Positions 1 to 9,746 of a stretch of 64,000 bases of DNA are shown here, one piece after another. The notes under the pieces are model-generated. The model made no database searches. It was not told where the DNA came from and saw only the letters and a program-made list of their open reading frames with translations. This stretch comes from an uncultured Eubacterium sp. (GTDB lineage Bacteria > Bacillota > Clostridia > Lachnospirales > Lachnospiraceae). Position 1 is the stretch's first letter; each line of letters opens with the position of its first letter. The stretch spans positions 1,753-65,752 of the forward strand of contig USBB01000007.1 of NCBI GenBank assembly GCA_900552795.1, written 5' to 3'. The position numbers were made by a program, and so were the translations under genes.

Positions 1-214
1 TTCCTTGATATTATTGACTTGTTTCAAATGTATGTAAGGTTTTCTGACATAAACTTAAAAATATTGTAGAAATTTTCAAAAAAGTATTTATTTTTTAAAA
101 GCTTAGGTGTATAATAGCTCTATCGTTGTAAAAGCGGTCACGAAATACAAAATTATCTCACTATCCTTATTTATCATTTTGGTATTTCAATAAAAAATTT
201 TTAAGGAGGAGCAT

Positions 215-1207
215 ATGAAGAAAAGCTTTATTCATCAACAGCAGGAGATTTCTTTTGTCAAGAATACTTTCACTCAATATTTGATTGATAAACTTGACAT
301 CGTTGAAGTGCAAGGACCTATTCTCAGTCAGGTCGGGGATGGTATGCAAGATAATTTGAATGGTATTGAAAATCCTGTATCAGTGCACGTAAAACGTATT
401 CCTGATGCTGAATATGAAGTTGTTCATTCACTTGCTAAGTGGAAACGTCATACCTTAGCACGTTTTGGCTTCAATGAAGGAGAAGGGCTTTTCGTACACA
501 TGAAAGCTCTCCGACCAGACGAAGAAGAATTAGATCCAATTCACTCTATTTATGTTGACCAATGGGATTGGGAAAAAGTTATTCCAAATGGTCGTCGTAA
601 CATCGAGTATTTAAAAGAAACGGTTGAACAAGTTTACAAAGCTATTCGTTTGACAGAATTAGCTGTTGAAGCTCGTTTTGATATCGAAGCTGTTTTGCCT
701 AAAAAAATCACATTCATCCACACAGAAGAATTGGTAGAACGTTACCCAGATTTGACACCGAAAGAACGTGAAAATGCTGCCGCTAAAGAATTTGGAGCAA
801 TTTTCCTTATCGGTATTGGTGGTATTTTGCCAGATGGTCAACGTCATGATGGTCGTGCACCTGACTACGATGACTGGACTTCTGAATCAGAAAATGGTTA
901 CCACGGTCTTAATGGTGATATCATTGTTTGGAATGAAGCTTTGGATTCTGCTTTTGAATTATCATCAATGGGTATTCGTGTTGACGAGGAAGCTCTCAAA
1001 CGTCAAGTTAAAATCACTGGTGACGAAGATCGTTTGCAACTAGAATGGCATAAAGCTCTTCTTAATGGTCTCTTCCCACTTACTATCGGTGGTGGTATCG
1101 GTCAATCTCGTATGGCAATGTTCTTGCTCCGTAAGAAACATATCGGAGAAGTTCAATCAAGTGTTTGGCCGAAAGAAGTTCGTGACACTTACGAAAATAT
1201 TCTTTAA
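215..1207 (+). CDS. asnA: Aspartate--ammonia ligase (asparagine synthetase A)
   Basis: 330 aa ORF with a typical AsnA class II aaRS-like fold sequence (…[22 protein letters not shown]…). AAGGAGGA RBS 6 nt upstream. A TGTATAAT-like -10 element lies at about 105-113. Confidence 0.9.
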   Translation: MKKSFIHQQQEISFVKNTFTQYLIDKLDIVEVQGPILSQVGDGMQDNLNGIENPVSVHVKRIPDAEYEVVHSLAKWKRHTLARFGFNEGEGLFVHMKALRPDEEELDPIHSIYVDQWDWEKVIPNGRRNIEYLKETVEQVYKAIRLTELAVEARFDIEAVLPKKITFIHTEELVERYPDLTPKERENAAAKEFGAIFLIGIGGILPDGQRHDGRAPDYDDWTSESENGYHGLNGDIIVWNEALDSAFELSSMGIRVDEEALKRQVKITGDEDRLQLEWHKALLNGLFPLTIGGGIGQSRMAMFLLRKKHIGEVQSSVWPKEVRDTYENIL

Positions 1208-1282
1208 GTAGAAGAAATCTTATTTTAAGGACTAAGAAAAGTCGGCTAGGATAACTAGTCGGCTTTTTGATTTTGGGAATAG

Positions 1283-1317
1283 AAAAAGTTGTTAGAGCGA
1301 TTTTCTAACAACTTTTG
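1283..1317. terminator. Bidirectional intrinsic terminator between the convergent asnA and secreted-protein genes
   Basis: Hairpin AGTTGTTAGA-gcgattt-TCTAACAACT flanked by an A-run and a T-run. Confidence 0.5.
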
Positions 1318-1340
1318 TAAAATTATTTAAATTAAATTGC

Positions 1341-2072
1341 TTACCAAGGAAGACCTGCTGCAGCAATTTCAGCTTTTGAAGCGTATTGTCCATTTGGACG
1401 ATGCCATCTGCCACGAGCATCTCTAGAATATCCACTAGCAGCTTGTTGTTGTGCCTGTTGAGCCGCTGCCTGTTCTTGTGCTTGGCGTGCAGCTTCTTCG
1501 GCTGCAGCTTGTTCTTGAGCCTGTCTAGCCTCTTCGGCTTTTCTTGCTTCTTCAGCTTGAGCCGCTTCCTCGGCTTCTTTAGTCTCAATAGCTGAAACAA
1601 CGGCGTTAATACGATTGTTAAAATCACCTTTTTTAGCTGTGTCTGTTACCGCATCAACTTTATTTTTAGCATCGTCAACATTTTCACGAGTTTGATTAGC
1701 TTCTAAGTTTGCAACAGCAGTTTCAGCCGCTGCCTGAGCTGTCTCTTCTTGTTTTTGTGTTTCTATCGCAGTCTTGACAGTTGCGATACGTTTTTTAAGT
1801 TGTTTTTTGACTTTCTTATTTTTTACGGCTTTAACTTTTTTGGTAGCTAAATCAAGATTTTCTTGGGTCTGGTCCTTTTCAAGTTGTTTAACAGCTTTTT
1901 TTGCTGCTTTAGTAGCTTTATCGTCTTTTTTGGTGGTTTTACTTTTAGACTTAGTATCCGCTAAAACAACATGATTGTTTTCGACTGGTGTTGTTAAAAG
2001 TCCTTGGTCTTGAGAGACTCCGATGAGGGCAGTTGCCATTAATAATATGGCGAGTTTCATTTTCTTCTTCAT
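1341..2072 (-). CDS. Secreted Ala/Lys/Glu-rich coiled-coil repeat protein (paralog 1)
   Basis: Signal peptide MKKKMKLAILLMATALIGVS, low-complexity EEARKAEEARQAQEQAAA repeats, and repeat modules shared with 2234-3040. Confidence 0.6.
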   Translation of the reverse strand: MKKKMKLAILLMATALIGVSQDQGLLTTPVENNHVVLADTKSKSKTTKKDDKATKAAKKAVKQLEKDQTQENLDLATKKVKAVKNKKVKKQLKKRIATVKTAIETQKQEETAQAAAETAVANLEANQTRENVDDAKNKVDAVTDTAKKGDFNNRINAVVSAIETKEAEEAAQAEEARKAEEARQAQEQAAAEEAARQAQEQAAAQQAQQQAASGYSRDARGRWHRPNGQYASKAEIAAAGLPW

Positions 2073-2233
2073 GTTTGATTCCTCCTGAAAAAACTTTGAA
2101 TGATAAAATTTTTACACTAAAAGAATACCATTTTGAAATAAGTCTGTAAATCTCTTTTTAAGGAAAAATTAAGTAAAAAATACTATAAAAAAGCCGCTAG
2201 AGCAATCTCTAACGACTTTTGTAAAATAATCTA

Positions 2234-3040
2234 TTATTCAAAACCACAGAGTGTTAAACCTAAGTCTTGTGCTTCTGATAAGCTAACTGGTGTAGTGCTT
2301 TTTGAGCGATTTAAGCCACGGCAATTTGGGTTGAGGTGGTAGTGGCTACCAGTTCTTGTAATGTAAACTGTTGTGGTATCTCCTGGTTGGGCAGCTGCTT
2401 GATTTTGTTGTTGCTGTGCCTGTTTAGCAGCTTCGGCTTCTTTGGCTTCGATAGCTGAAACAACAGCGTTGATACGGTTGTTGAAAGCTTCCTTTTTAGT
2501 TGAATTATTTACCGCATTAACTTTATTTTTAGCGTCATCAATGTTATCACGCGATTGGTTATTTTCAAGGTTTTTAACCGCAGTTTCTGCTTTATCTTCT
2601 AATTCTTTTTCTTTTTTAGTTTCAATGGCTGTTTTGACAGTTGCGATACGCTTTTGAAATTTCTCTTTTTTGTCAGCGTCTGTAACAGCGTCAACTTTAC
2701 TTGTTGCTAAATCAAGATTAGCCTGCGTTTGGTCTTTTTCGAGATTTTTTACGGCAGTTTCTGCACTGTTTTCAATCTCTTTAGTCTTTTGAACTTCTTT
2801 TTTGCCAACTTCGATATAATTAGCATTTTTTTCTTTAAAATCAGCCAGTTCACCTTGGCTATCTTTTAAGTCTGATTTGGCTTGTTTGACATCTTGGCTA
2901 AGCTGTTCAATCTTATCCTCTGCTTGGGATAATTCTTGACTTTGGTTACCTTGACTAGAAAAACTAGCAATCAATAATACCGATAAAATGGTAATGGCAA
3001 GATTTTTCTTGTCTTTAAAGAATGTTTTAAAATTCATCAT
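2234..3040 (-). CDS. Secreted coiled-coil repeat protein (paralog 2) with a Cys-containing C-terminal tail
   Basis: N-terminal signal/TM segment. It shares ETAVKNLEKDQTQ.NLDLAT.KV.AV…KRIATVKTAIE and NRINAVVSAIE.KEAE modules with 1341-2072. The upstream region also shares a CAAAGTTTTTT(C)AGGA / TAGTGTAAA motif with its paralog. Confidence 0.6.
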   Translation of the reverse strand: MMNFKTFFKDKKNLAITILSVLLIASFSSQGNQSQELSQAEDKIEQLSQDVKQAKSDLKDSQGELADFKEKNANYIEVGKKEVQKTKEIENSAETAVKNLEKDQTQANLDLATSKVDAVTDADKKEKFQKRIATVKTAIETKKEKELEDKAETAVKNLENNQSRDNIDDAKNKVNAVNNSTKKEAFNNRINAVVSAIEAKEAEAAKQAQQQQNQAAAQPGDTTTVYITRTGSHYHLNPNCRGLNRSKSTTPVSLSEAQDLGLTLCGFE

Positions 3041-3170
3041 AACTCCTTTATCCTAAAAAACTTTGATAATTAAAATTATCACAACAATCATATCAAAACT
3101 CATTTTTAGTGTAAAGATGACCTAATCATTTTTTAAGTTATTTTATTTGAATTTTGCTATAATGGTTGTT

Positions 3171-3710
3171 ATGAGAGTTGTAGCAGGAAAATTTGGTGGG
3201 CGTCCTTTAAAGACGCTAGATGGAAAAATTACGCGCCCGACAACAGACAAGGTTAAAGGTGCTATTTTTAATATGATTGGTCCATTTTTTGATGGTGGAC
3301 GTGTTTTAGACTTGTTTTCTGGTAGTGGAAGTCTAGCGATTGAAGCTATTTCACGCGGAATGGATGAAGCTGTGCTGGTTGAACGCAACCGTCAAGCGCA
3401 AGCTATTGTTTTAGAAAATATCAAAATGACAAAGTCTGAGCAGCAATTTCACTTGTTAAAAATGGATGCTAATAAGGCAATTGGCGTTGTTAGTGGACAG
3501 TTTGATTTGGTACTTTTAGACCCACCATACGCTAAGGAAGAAATTGTCAAAAATATTACGGAATTAGAAGAAGCAGGGCTTTTGTCTGAGGATGTCATGC
3601 TGGTTTGTGAGACGGATAAGGCTGTTGATTTACCAGAAGAAATTTCAAATTTTGGCATCTGGAAACAAAAAACATATGGCATTAGTAAGGTTACGGTATA
3701 TGTTAGGTAG
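3171..3710 (+). CDS. rsmD: 16S rRNA (guanine966-N2)-methyltransferase RsmD
   Basis: Motifs VLDLFSGSGSLAIEA and LLDPPY. Start chosen at MRVVAGKFGGR; the ORF track gives 3147. A TGCTATAAT extended -10 lies at 3155-3163. Confidence 0.8.
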   Translation: MRVVAGKFGGRPLKTLDGKITRPTTDKVKGAIFNMIGPFFDGGRVLDLFSGSGSLAIEAISRGMDEAVLVERNRQAQAIVLENIKMTKSEQQFHLLKMDANKAIGVVSGQFDLVLLDPPYAKEEIVKNITELEEAGLLSEDVMLVCETDKAVDLPEEISNFGIWKQKTYGISKVTVYVR

Positions 3711-3742
3711 AATTGAGTGATTTTATCACTAATGGAGGCAAT

Positions 3743-4240
3743 ATGGCTAAAATTGGTTTATTTACGGGGTCTTTTGACCCTGTGACAAATGGGCATCTTG
3801 ATATCATAGCGCGTGCAAGCAAGTTGTTTGATACACTTTTTGTGGGCATTTTTTACAATAAAGATAAGAATGGCTTCTTTAGTGTTGAAGAGAGACGGCA
3901 GATGTTAGAAGAAGCACTGCAAGAATTTCCGAACGTAAAAGTGATTACAGCGCGTGATTCTTTGGTGGTGGATATTGCCAAGCGTTTAGAAGTTGGTTAT
4001 CTCGTGCGTGGTATCCGTAATGGGAAAGATTTAGAGTACGAGGCTGATTTAGCGTTTTATAATCATTATCTGGCGTCAGAGATTGAGAGTGTTTTTTTAT
4101 TGTGCTCTCCTGATTTGGTTCATGTCTCATCAAGTCGCATCCGTGAATTGATTTATTTCTATTCAGATATTTCAGATTTTGTACCAACAAGTGTTGTCAA
4201 AAAAGTGGAGGAAAAATATGGCAATCTTAAAAAGATTTAA
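3743..4240 (+). CDS. coaD: Phosphopantetheine adenylyltransferase
   Basis: IGLFTGSFDPVTNGHLDII motif. Start at MAKIG with a GGAGG RBS; the ORF track's 3713 start lacks an RBS. Confidence 0.9.
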   Translation: MAKIGLFTGSFDPVTNGHLDIIARASKLFDTLFVGIFYNKDKNGFFSVEERRQMLEEALQEFPNVKVITARDSLVVDIAKRLEVGYLVRGIRNGKDLEYEADLAFYNHYLASEIESVFLLCSPDLVHVSSSRIRELIYFYSDISDFVPTSVVKKVEEKYGNLKKI

Positions 4241-5303
4241 AGAGATTTTGAAAAAGTTGGGTCGTATTTTATATCGCTTTAAGTGGTGGATATTAGGTGT
4301 TGTAGGCATTGTTTTCTTACTATTTAGCTTGTTGTATCCGCTTGATTACTATATTGAAATGCCTGGTGGTGCTTATGATATTCGTAGCGTTTTAACGGTT
4401 GATAATAAGGAAGATGACGAAGATGGCTCTTATAATTTTGTGGCTGTCACGGTTAGTCAGGCGACCTTGGCACAATTGGTTTATGCTTGGTTAACTCCCT
4501 ACACAGAAATTTCGACAGCCGCAGATGTGACTGGTGGTTATAGCAATGCTGATTATCTTCGTATCAATGAGTATTACATGGAAACCTCTCAGAATACAGC
4601 GACTTATCAAGCCTTAACATTGGCAGGAAAGGAAGCAACGCTTGATTATCAAGGGGTTTATGTTTTAAATGTTAGTGATAATTCGACGTTTAAAGGGATT
4701 TTGAATATCTCTGATACGGTAACTGGGGTTAACGGTCAGACATTTAACAGCTCGGCAGAATTAATGGCCTATGTGGCTGATTTGGATTTAGGGTCTGAAG
4801 TAACTGTTCAATATACATCAGACGGCGAAGCAAAAGAAGCCACAGGAAAAATTATTGAATTGTCAAATGGAAAAAATGGTATCGGAATCGGTTTGGTAGA
4901 TCATACGTCGGTGTCATCAGATGTTGATGTTAATTTTGATACGAGTGGTGTTGGTGGTCCAAGTGCTGGTTTGATGTTTACGCTTGATATTTATGACCAA
5001 TTAAACAGTGAAGATTTGCGTAAAGGTCGTAAAATTGCTGGTACAGGTACGATTGAATCAGATGGTTCAGTCGGGGATATTGGTGGCGCAGCACTTAAAG
5101 TTGTTGCTGCTGCTAAAGCTGGTGCAGATATTTTCTTTGTTCCAAATAACCCTGTGGATGAGGAAACATTGAAAAAAGACCCAGATGCGAAAACGAACTA
5201 TGAAGAAGCTGTCGCAGCTGCTAAAGACCTCGATACCGATATGAAAATCGTTCCAGTCACAACTGTTCAAGAAGCAATTGACTATCTGCGAAATAATGAT
5301 TAA
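4218..5303 (+). CDS. YlbL/SepM-like membrane-anchored PDZ plus Lon-C (S16) domain protease
   Basis: N-terminal TM segment, PDZ region, and C-terminal SDGSVGDIGGAALKVVAAAKAGADIFFVP Lon-like catalytic region. Start at MAILKRF after a GGAGG RBS. Sits downstream of coaD as in streptococci. Confidence 0.75.
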   Translation: MAILKRFKEILKKLGRILYRFKWWILGVVGIVFLLFSLLYPLDYYIEMPGGAYDIRSVLTVDNKEDDEDGSYNFVAVTVSQATLAQLVYAWLTPYTEISTAADVTGGYSNADYLRINEYYMETSQNTATYQALTLAGKEATLDYQGVYVLNVSDNSTFKGILNISDTVTGVNGQTFNSSAELMAYVADLDLGSEVTVQYTSDGEAKEATGKIIELSNGKNGIGIGLVDHTSVSSDVDVNFDTSGVGGPSAGLMFTLDIYDQLNSEDLRKGRKIAGTGTIESDGSVGDIGGAALKVVAAAKAGADIFFVPNNPVDEETLKKDPDAKTNYEEAVAAAKDLDTDMKIVPVTTVQEAIDYLRNND

Positions 5304-5308
5304 AAAGA

Positions 5309-5338
5309 AACATCTCTGTGAATACGGAGATGTTTTTT
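5309..5338 (+). terminator. Intrinsic terminator after the sepM-like gene
   Basis: AACATCTC-tgtgaatacg-GAGATGTT followed by TTTTTT. Confidence 0.7.
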
Positions 5339-5430
5339 GTTCACTTTAAATTAATTTTTTCTTAAGTTTCATTGGGTAAAATTCCCTTAAAATATGGCAG
5401 TAGATTAGTAACAATAGATAGGAGGGAGTT

Positions 5431-5685
5431 ATGACGAACTGGCAAAAGCGATTTGTGATTTGGTTTAATCTTGCCATTTTATTTATTTTTTTAGATGTGA
5501 CTTTGTTGATATTTATTCGGTCGATTAATAGTCATGGTGTTTATCAGACAATGCAAATGAAATGGCTAACGTTCTCAATGTGGATTCTCTGTTATGCTTT
5601 TGTTTGGACGTATCAGGGTGTGGGGTATATGTTTTTTAAACATATTAAACAAGTAAGAAAACAAGAAGATAGGCATGTGATTTAA
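5431..5685 (+). CDS. Hypothetical small membrane protein
   Basis: 84 aa ORF with two hydrophobic segments; no family recognised. Confidence 0.35.
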   Translation: MTNWQKRFVIWFNLAILFIFLDVTLLIFIRSINSHGVYQTMQMKWLTFSMWILCYAFVWTYQGVGYMFFKHIKQVRKQEDRHVI

Positions 5686-5767
5686 TATGAGATAATGAGT
5701 TGGATTTACAGAATCTGATTCATTTTTTATGCTTAGTTTAATAAAAATAATATTTTAAAAATTCTTT

Positions 5768-5927
5768 GCAGAACTAATTGGGACATTTGTTTTTCTTGGG
5801 ACAGGAGCAGCTGTCTTGGGTGGCGGAGCAGATAGTGTTGTTGGCTATACGTCGATTGCATTAGCATTTGTTTTAACGATTGTGATTTTTGCTTACAGTA
5901 TTGGTATAGTTTCTGGTTTTTTGTGAT
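5768..5927 (+). pseudogene. Remnant of a MIP-family aquaporin/glycerol facilitator gene (N-terminal fragment only)
   Basis: Frame translates to …FAELIGTFVFLGTGAAVLGGGADSVVGYTSIALAFVLTIVIFAYSIGIVSGFL*, which is the hallmark MIP helix 1-2 region. There is no start codon and the ORF stops after about 55 codons. Confidence 0.5.
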
Positions 5928-5987
5928 AAAAATGGCTTAAAAACGCTAGAATATCACTATTTAAGCGGAAAATGCTATAATAAAATT

Positions 5988-7313
5988 ATGACAGAAAAGC
6001 TAACGATTTTACATTTAAATGATTGGCATTCGCATTTTGAAACCTATCCAAAATTAAAACGATTTTTCCAAGATTATGCTGACCAAGATGCTGAGGTTAT
6101 CAAGATTGATGTTGGTGACAATATTGATCGTTGGCATCCGATGACCGATGCAACGCAAGGAAAATATAATGTTCAATTGATGAATGAGCTAGGCATTGAT
6201 TTTGCGACAATTGGGAATAACGAAGGCATTGGACTGGCTAAAACGATGCTCAATCAAGTCTACGAAAATGCTAATTTTGATGTGATTTTAGGAAATTTAG
6301 AGGATGAAGCTGGACGTCCAACGTGGGCTAAGCCTTACAAGATTTATGAGACAGCTCTTGGGACAAAGATTGTCTTTTTAGCCTACACTTTTCCTTATTA
6401 CCTAACGTATCATCCAGGTGGTTGGCAAGTGCTGGACCCAATCACATGCTTAAATCGTGATTTGGAAATTCCAGAGGTCAAATCAGCAGATTTCCATATT
6501 TTATTGAGTCATCTAGGTTTGCCATTTGATGAAAAAATCACCGCAGAAGTGCCAGAAATTGACTTGATTATTGGTGCTCACACGCATCATGTCTTTGAGG
6601 ACGGTGCTTGTCTTAACGGCACTTATTTAGCGGCCGCTGGAAAATATGGTCAGTTTGCTGGTGAAATCAACTTGACCTTTGAGCACCATGAACTGAGCGA
6701 TATCACCATTCATGCCCACGAAACGAGTCATATGCCAAGTAAGCCTAGTGATAAAGAATGGATAGAAACAGTTGAAGCGAATGGTCGCAAACTGTTAAGT
6801 CAAGAAATAGTCAAATCTTTTGACCATGAATTGAGCCTTGATGAGTCACGTCAAATCGTTATGGCAGCAATGAAAGAATACGCTAATGCAGATATTGCCA
6901 TGATAAATTCTGGTTTAGTGGTGACCCCATTTTCTAAAAATGTCACTAAGGATACACTACACCATTCCTTACCACATCAAATGCGCTTGGCAAGATTAGA
7001 AGTGACGACTGACGAATTAATGACAATTTGCCAAGATGTCTTTTCACAAGCAGAATTGTTAGCTAATCAACAAATCCGTGGCATGGGCTTTCGCGGAAAA
7101 GAATTTGGTAGGGTTTTGACTAGCGGCTTTGATTACAAAAATGGAAAAATAGTGTATAATGAAAAGGTTACGAATGAAAAGGACACTATCAGTTTAGTCT
7201 TGGTTGATCAATATTACTTTGCGCGTTATTTTGAGACCATAAAATCTCACCAAGCAGAGTTACTTTTTCCTGAATTACTACGTGAACTGGTAGAGACCTA
7301 CCTTAAAAAATAA
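5988..7313 (+). CDS. Bifunctional metallophosphatase / 5'-nucleotidase family protein
   Basis: Calcineurin-like metal-binding start LTILHLNDWHSH, GNNEG, and a 5'-nucleotidase-like C-terminal domain. Confidence 0.75.
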   Translation: MTEKLTILHLNDWHSHFETYPKLKRFFQDYADQDAEVIKIDVGDNIDRWHPMTDATQGKYNVQLMNELGIDFATIGNNEGIGLAKTMLNQVYENANFDVILGNLEDEAGRPTWAKPYKIYETALGTKIVFLAYTFPYYLTYHPGGWQVLDPITCLNRDLEIPEVKSADFHILLSHLGLPFDEKITAEVPEIDLIIGAHTHHVFEDGACLNGTYLAAAGKYGQFAGEINLTFEHHELSDITIHAHETSHMPSKPSDKEWIETVEANGRKLLSQEIVKSFDHELSLDESRQIVMAAMKEYANADIAMINSGLVVTPFSKNVTKDTLHHSLPHQMRLARLEVTTDELMTICQDVFSQAELLANQQIRGMGFRGKEFGRVLTSGFDYKNGKIVYNEKVTNEKDTISLVLVDQYYFARYFETIKSHQAELLFPELLRELVETYLKK

Positions 7314-7344
7314 TATGAATTTTAGCGATTAAGAGAGGAGACCG

Positions 7345-7923
7345 ATGAGAAAAGATATCTCTCCTGAAATGTACAATTACAATAAATTTCCTGGTCCGCA
7401 ATTTGTGGCGTTTTCTGACCGTGTCAAGAGTGATGATATTGAATTGTTAATTTTGGAAAATGAGAAGAATGCTTTTGATGCAACTGTTTTTAGTCAACGT
7501 TTTTCAGAAATTTTACTAAAATACGATTATATTGTCGGTGATTGGGGAAATGAACAGTTACGTTTGAAGGGATTTTACAAGGATGACCGAGATGTTAAGA
7601 AAACAAATCGCATCTCACGTCTAGACGATTACATTAAGGAATATTGTAATTTTGGTTGTGCTTATTTTGTGCTTGAAAATTTAGAGCCTCGTCGTGTTAA
7701 ATCTGACGACGATAAACCAACGAAACGTCATAAATCACAAAAGCGCTCCTCGCAGAAAAAGAAATCAGAACCTAAAAAATCTGACCGCTCGGCAAATAAA
7801 CATTTTAAGAGTCAAAAACGTAAAGATACAAAAGTACGTAGTGAACGTCAACAAAAACGAGAACAACAAAAAGAAATTCAATCGGTAAAAAAACAATTTG
7901 TGATTCGCCGAAAAGAGAAATAG
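7345..7923 (+). CDS. YutD-like protein (DUF1027) with a Lys-rich basic tail
   Basis: Conserved N-terminal ~120 aa (…YDYIVGDWGNEQLRLKGFY…) followed by a K/R/Q-rich low-complexity C-terminus. Sits immediately upstream of rlmN as in streptococci. Confidence 0.5.
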   Translation: MRKDISPEMYNYNKFPGPQFVAFSDRVKSDDIELLILENEKNAFDATVFSQRFSEILLKYDYIVGDWGNEQLRLKGFYKDDRDVKKTNRISRLDDYIKEYCNFGCAYFVLENLEPRRVKSDDDKPTKRHKSQKRSSQKKKSEPKKSDRSANKHFKSQKRKDTKVRSERQQKREQQKEIQSVKKQFVIRRKEK

Positions 7924-7944
7924 GAAGGATTTGGTATTTACAGA

Positions 7945-9051
7945 ATGCAAACAGAAACTAAGGATATGAAGCCCTCGATTTACGCTTTAACACGTGATGA
8001 ATTGATTGAATGGGCAATCGAACACGGGGAAAAGAAATTCCGTGCGACGCAAATTTGGGATTGGCTTTACCGTAAACGCGTCCAATCTTTTGAAGAAATG
8101 ACAAATATCTCAAAAGATTTTATTGCTGTTTTGAATGAAAACTTCTGCGTGAATCCTTTGAAACAACGTGTGATTCAAGAAGCTTCTGACGGAACAGTTA
8201 AATATTTGTTTGAATTGCCTGATGGTATGTTGATTGAAACAGTATTGATGCGCCAGCATTATGGTTTATCAGTCTGTGTGACATCACAAGTTGGTTGTAA
8301 CATAGGTTGCTCATTCTGCGCTAGTGGATTGCTTAAAAAGCAACGTGATTTGACAAGTGGTGAAATAACATCACAAATCATGATGGTACAAAAATATTTT
8401 GATGAACGTGGTCAAGATGAGCGCGTGAGTCACGTGGTTGTTATGGGAATTGGTGAACCATTTGACAATTACAACAATGTTTTGCGCTTCCTACGTACGA
8501 TTAATGATGACAATGGCTTAGCAATTGGTGCGCGTCATATTACGGTTTCAACATCAGGTTTAGCACATAAAATCCGTGATTTTGCCCACGAAAGCTTGCA
8601 AGTGAACCTTGCTGTGTCACTTCATGCGCCAAACAACGAATTGCGTTCACAAATCATGCGTGTTAACCGTTCATTCCCACTTGAAAAACTTTTTGCAGCG
8701 ATTGAATATTACGTTGAAACAACAAATCGTCGTGTGACATTTGAGTATATCATGCTAAATGAAGTCAATGATTTTCCAGAAAATGCGCAAGAATTGGCTG
8801 ATTTGACGAAGAAAATCCGCAAGTTGTCTTATATTAACTTGATTCCGTACAATCCAGTATCAGAACATGACCAATACAGCCGTTCAAGTAAAGAACGTGT
8901 AGCTGCTTTTTACGATGTTCTCAAGAAAAATGGGGTTAACTGTGTCGTTCGTCAAGAACACGGAACTGATATTGATGCAGCTTGTGGACAGTTACGCTCA
9001 AATACTATGAAACGTGACCGTCAAAAAGCCGTTGCTGAAAAAACAAAGTAA
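7945..9051 (+). CDS. rlmN: 23S rRNA/tRNA adenine-C2 methyltransferase RlmN (radical SAM)
   Basis: [11 protein letters not shown] radical-SAM cysteine motif and overall RlmN length and sequence. Confidence 0.9.
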   Translation: MQTETKDMKPSIYALTRDELIEWAIEHGEKKFRATQIWDWLYRKRVQSFEEMTNISKDFIAVLNENFCVNPLKQRVIQEASDGTVKYLFELPDGMLIETVLMRQHYGLSVCVTSQVGCNIGCSFCASGLLKKQRDLTSGEITSQIMMVQKYFDERGQDERVSHVVVMGIGEPFDNYNNVLRFLRTINDDNGLAIGARHITVSTSGLAHKIRDFAHESLQVNLAVSLHAPNNELRSQIMRVNRSFPLEKLFAAIEYYVETTNRRVTFEYIMLNEVNDFPENAQELADLTKKIRKLSYINLIPYNPVSEHDQYSRSSKERVAAFYDVLKKNGVNCVVRQEHGTDIDAACGQLRSNTMKRDRQKAVAEKTK

Positions 9052-9572
9052 TGATGTCAAGATTTTTGAATAAGACTGCTGAATTAACGCCATTGGGACG
9101 TCGGATTATAAAGGTGCTTGTGGTTTTATACGCCATAGCCATTTGTTTGATGTGCTTTAGCCCACAAACGACCATTGATGGCATTGAAACACCAAATATC
9201 ATTTATTACGGTCGTTTACGTCTCTTACTTGTGCCGTTTAACACGTTTGTTGGGTTTAGCCAATTAGACGGATTTTTGGAGATTTTTTGGGTAATTGCGC
9301 AAAATGTGATGAATATTTTTCTGCTTTTTCCCTTAATGCTAGGCGTGATAGCATTATGTCCGAAATTGAGAACGTGGCAAAGAGCTACGTTATTGGCGTT
9401 TATTATCAGTCTTTGCATTGAAACTACGCAGATTGTGGTGGATTTGCTGTACAATGCTAATCGTGTTTTTGAAATTGATGACCTTTGGACAAATACCTTG
9501 GGTGGTTTGCTAGCCTTTTTAGCTTATCAGTGGTTTGTCAAACGATATCAGAAATATCAAAGAGAAAATTAG
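9051..9572 (+). CDS. VanZ-family membrane protein
   Basis: Four or five TM segments and VanZ-like conserved residues (…NIFLLFPLMLG…, …EIDDLWTNTLGG…). Confidence 0.65.
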   Translation: MMSRFLNKTAELTPLGRRIIKVLVVLYAIAICLMCFSPQTTIDGIETPNIIYYGRLRLLLVPFNTFVGFSQLDGFLEIFWVIAQNVMNIFLLFPLMLGVIALCPKLRTWQRATLLAFIISLCIETTQIVVDLLYNANRVFEIDDLWTNTLGGLLAFLAYQWFVKRYQKYQREN

Positions 9573-9577
9573 GTTAT

Positions 9578-9628
9578 AAAGAGTGAGATGACTATTTTCC
9601 AATGAATAGTCATCTCACTCTTTTTTTA
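9578..9628 (+). terminator. Strong intrinsic terminator
   Basis: Perfect 19 bp stem AAAGAGTGAGATGACTATT/AATAGTCATCTCACTCTTT followed by TTTTTTT. Confidence 0.85.
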
Positions 9629-9746
9629 TTGAAGTCGTGTTTTAGTTTGCGTGGTGTGAAATAATGCTAAGATGAGTTGATGAGGAAATACAACTTGACT
9701 TAGAGTTCACTCCAAGGTGTATAATAGCAGCTAGAAAGCAGGTTTT

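Noticed and set aside
1292-2072. Antisense ORFs inside the secreted-protein genes (for example 1292-1627 minus, 1386-1595 plus, 1774-1974 plus)
   Set aside because: They overlap a better-supported gene, are low-complexity K/L/S-rich mirror translations of the Ala/Glu/Lys repeats, and have no RBS.
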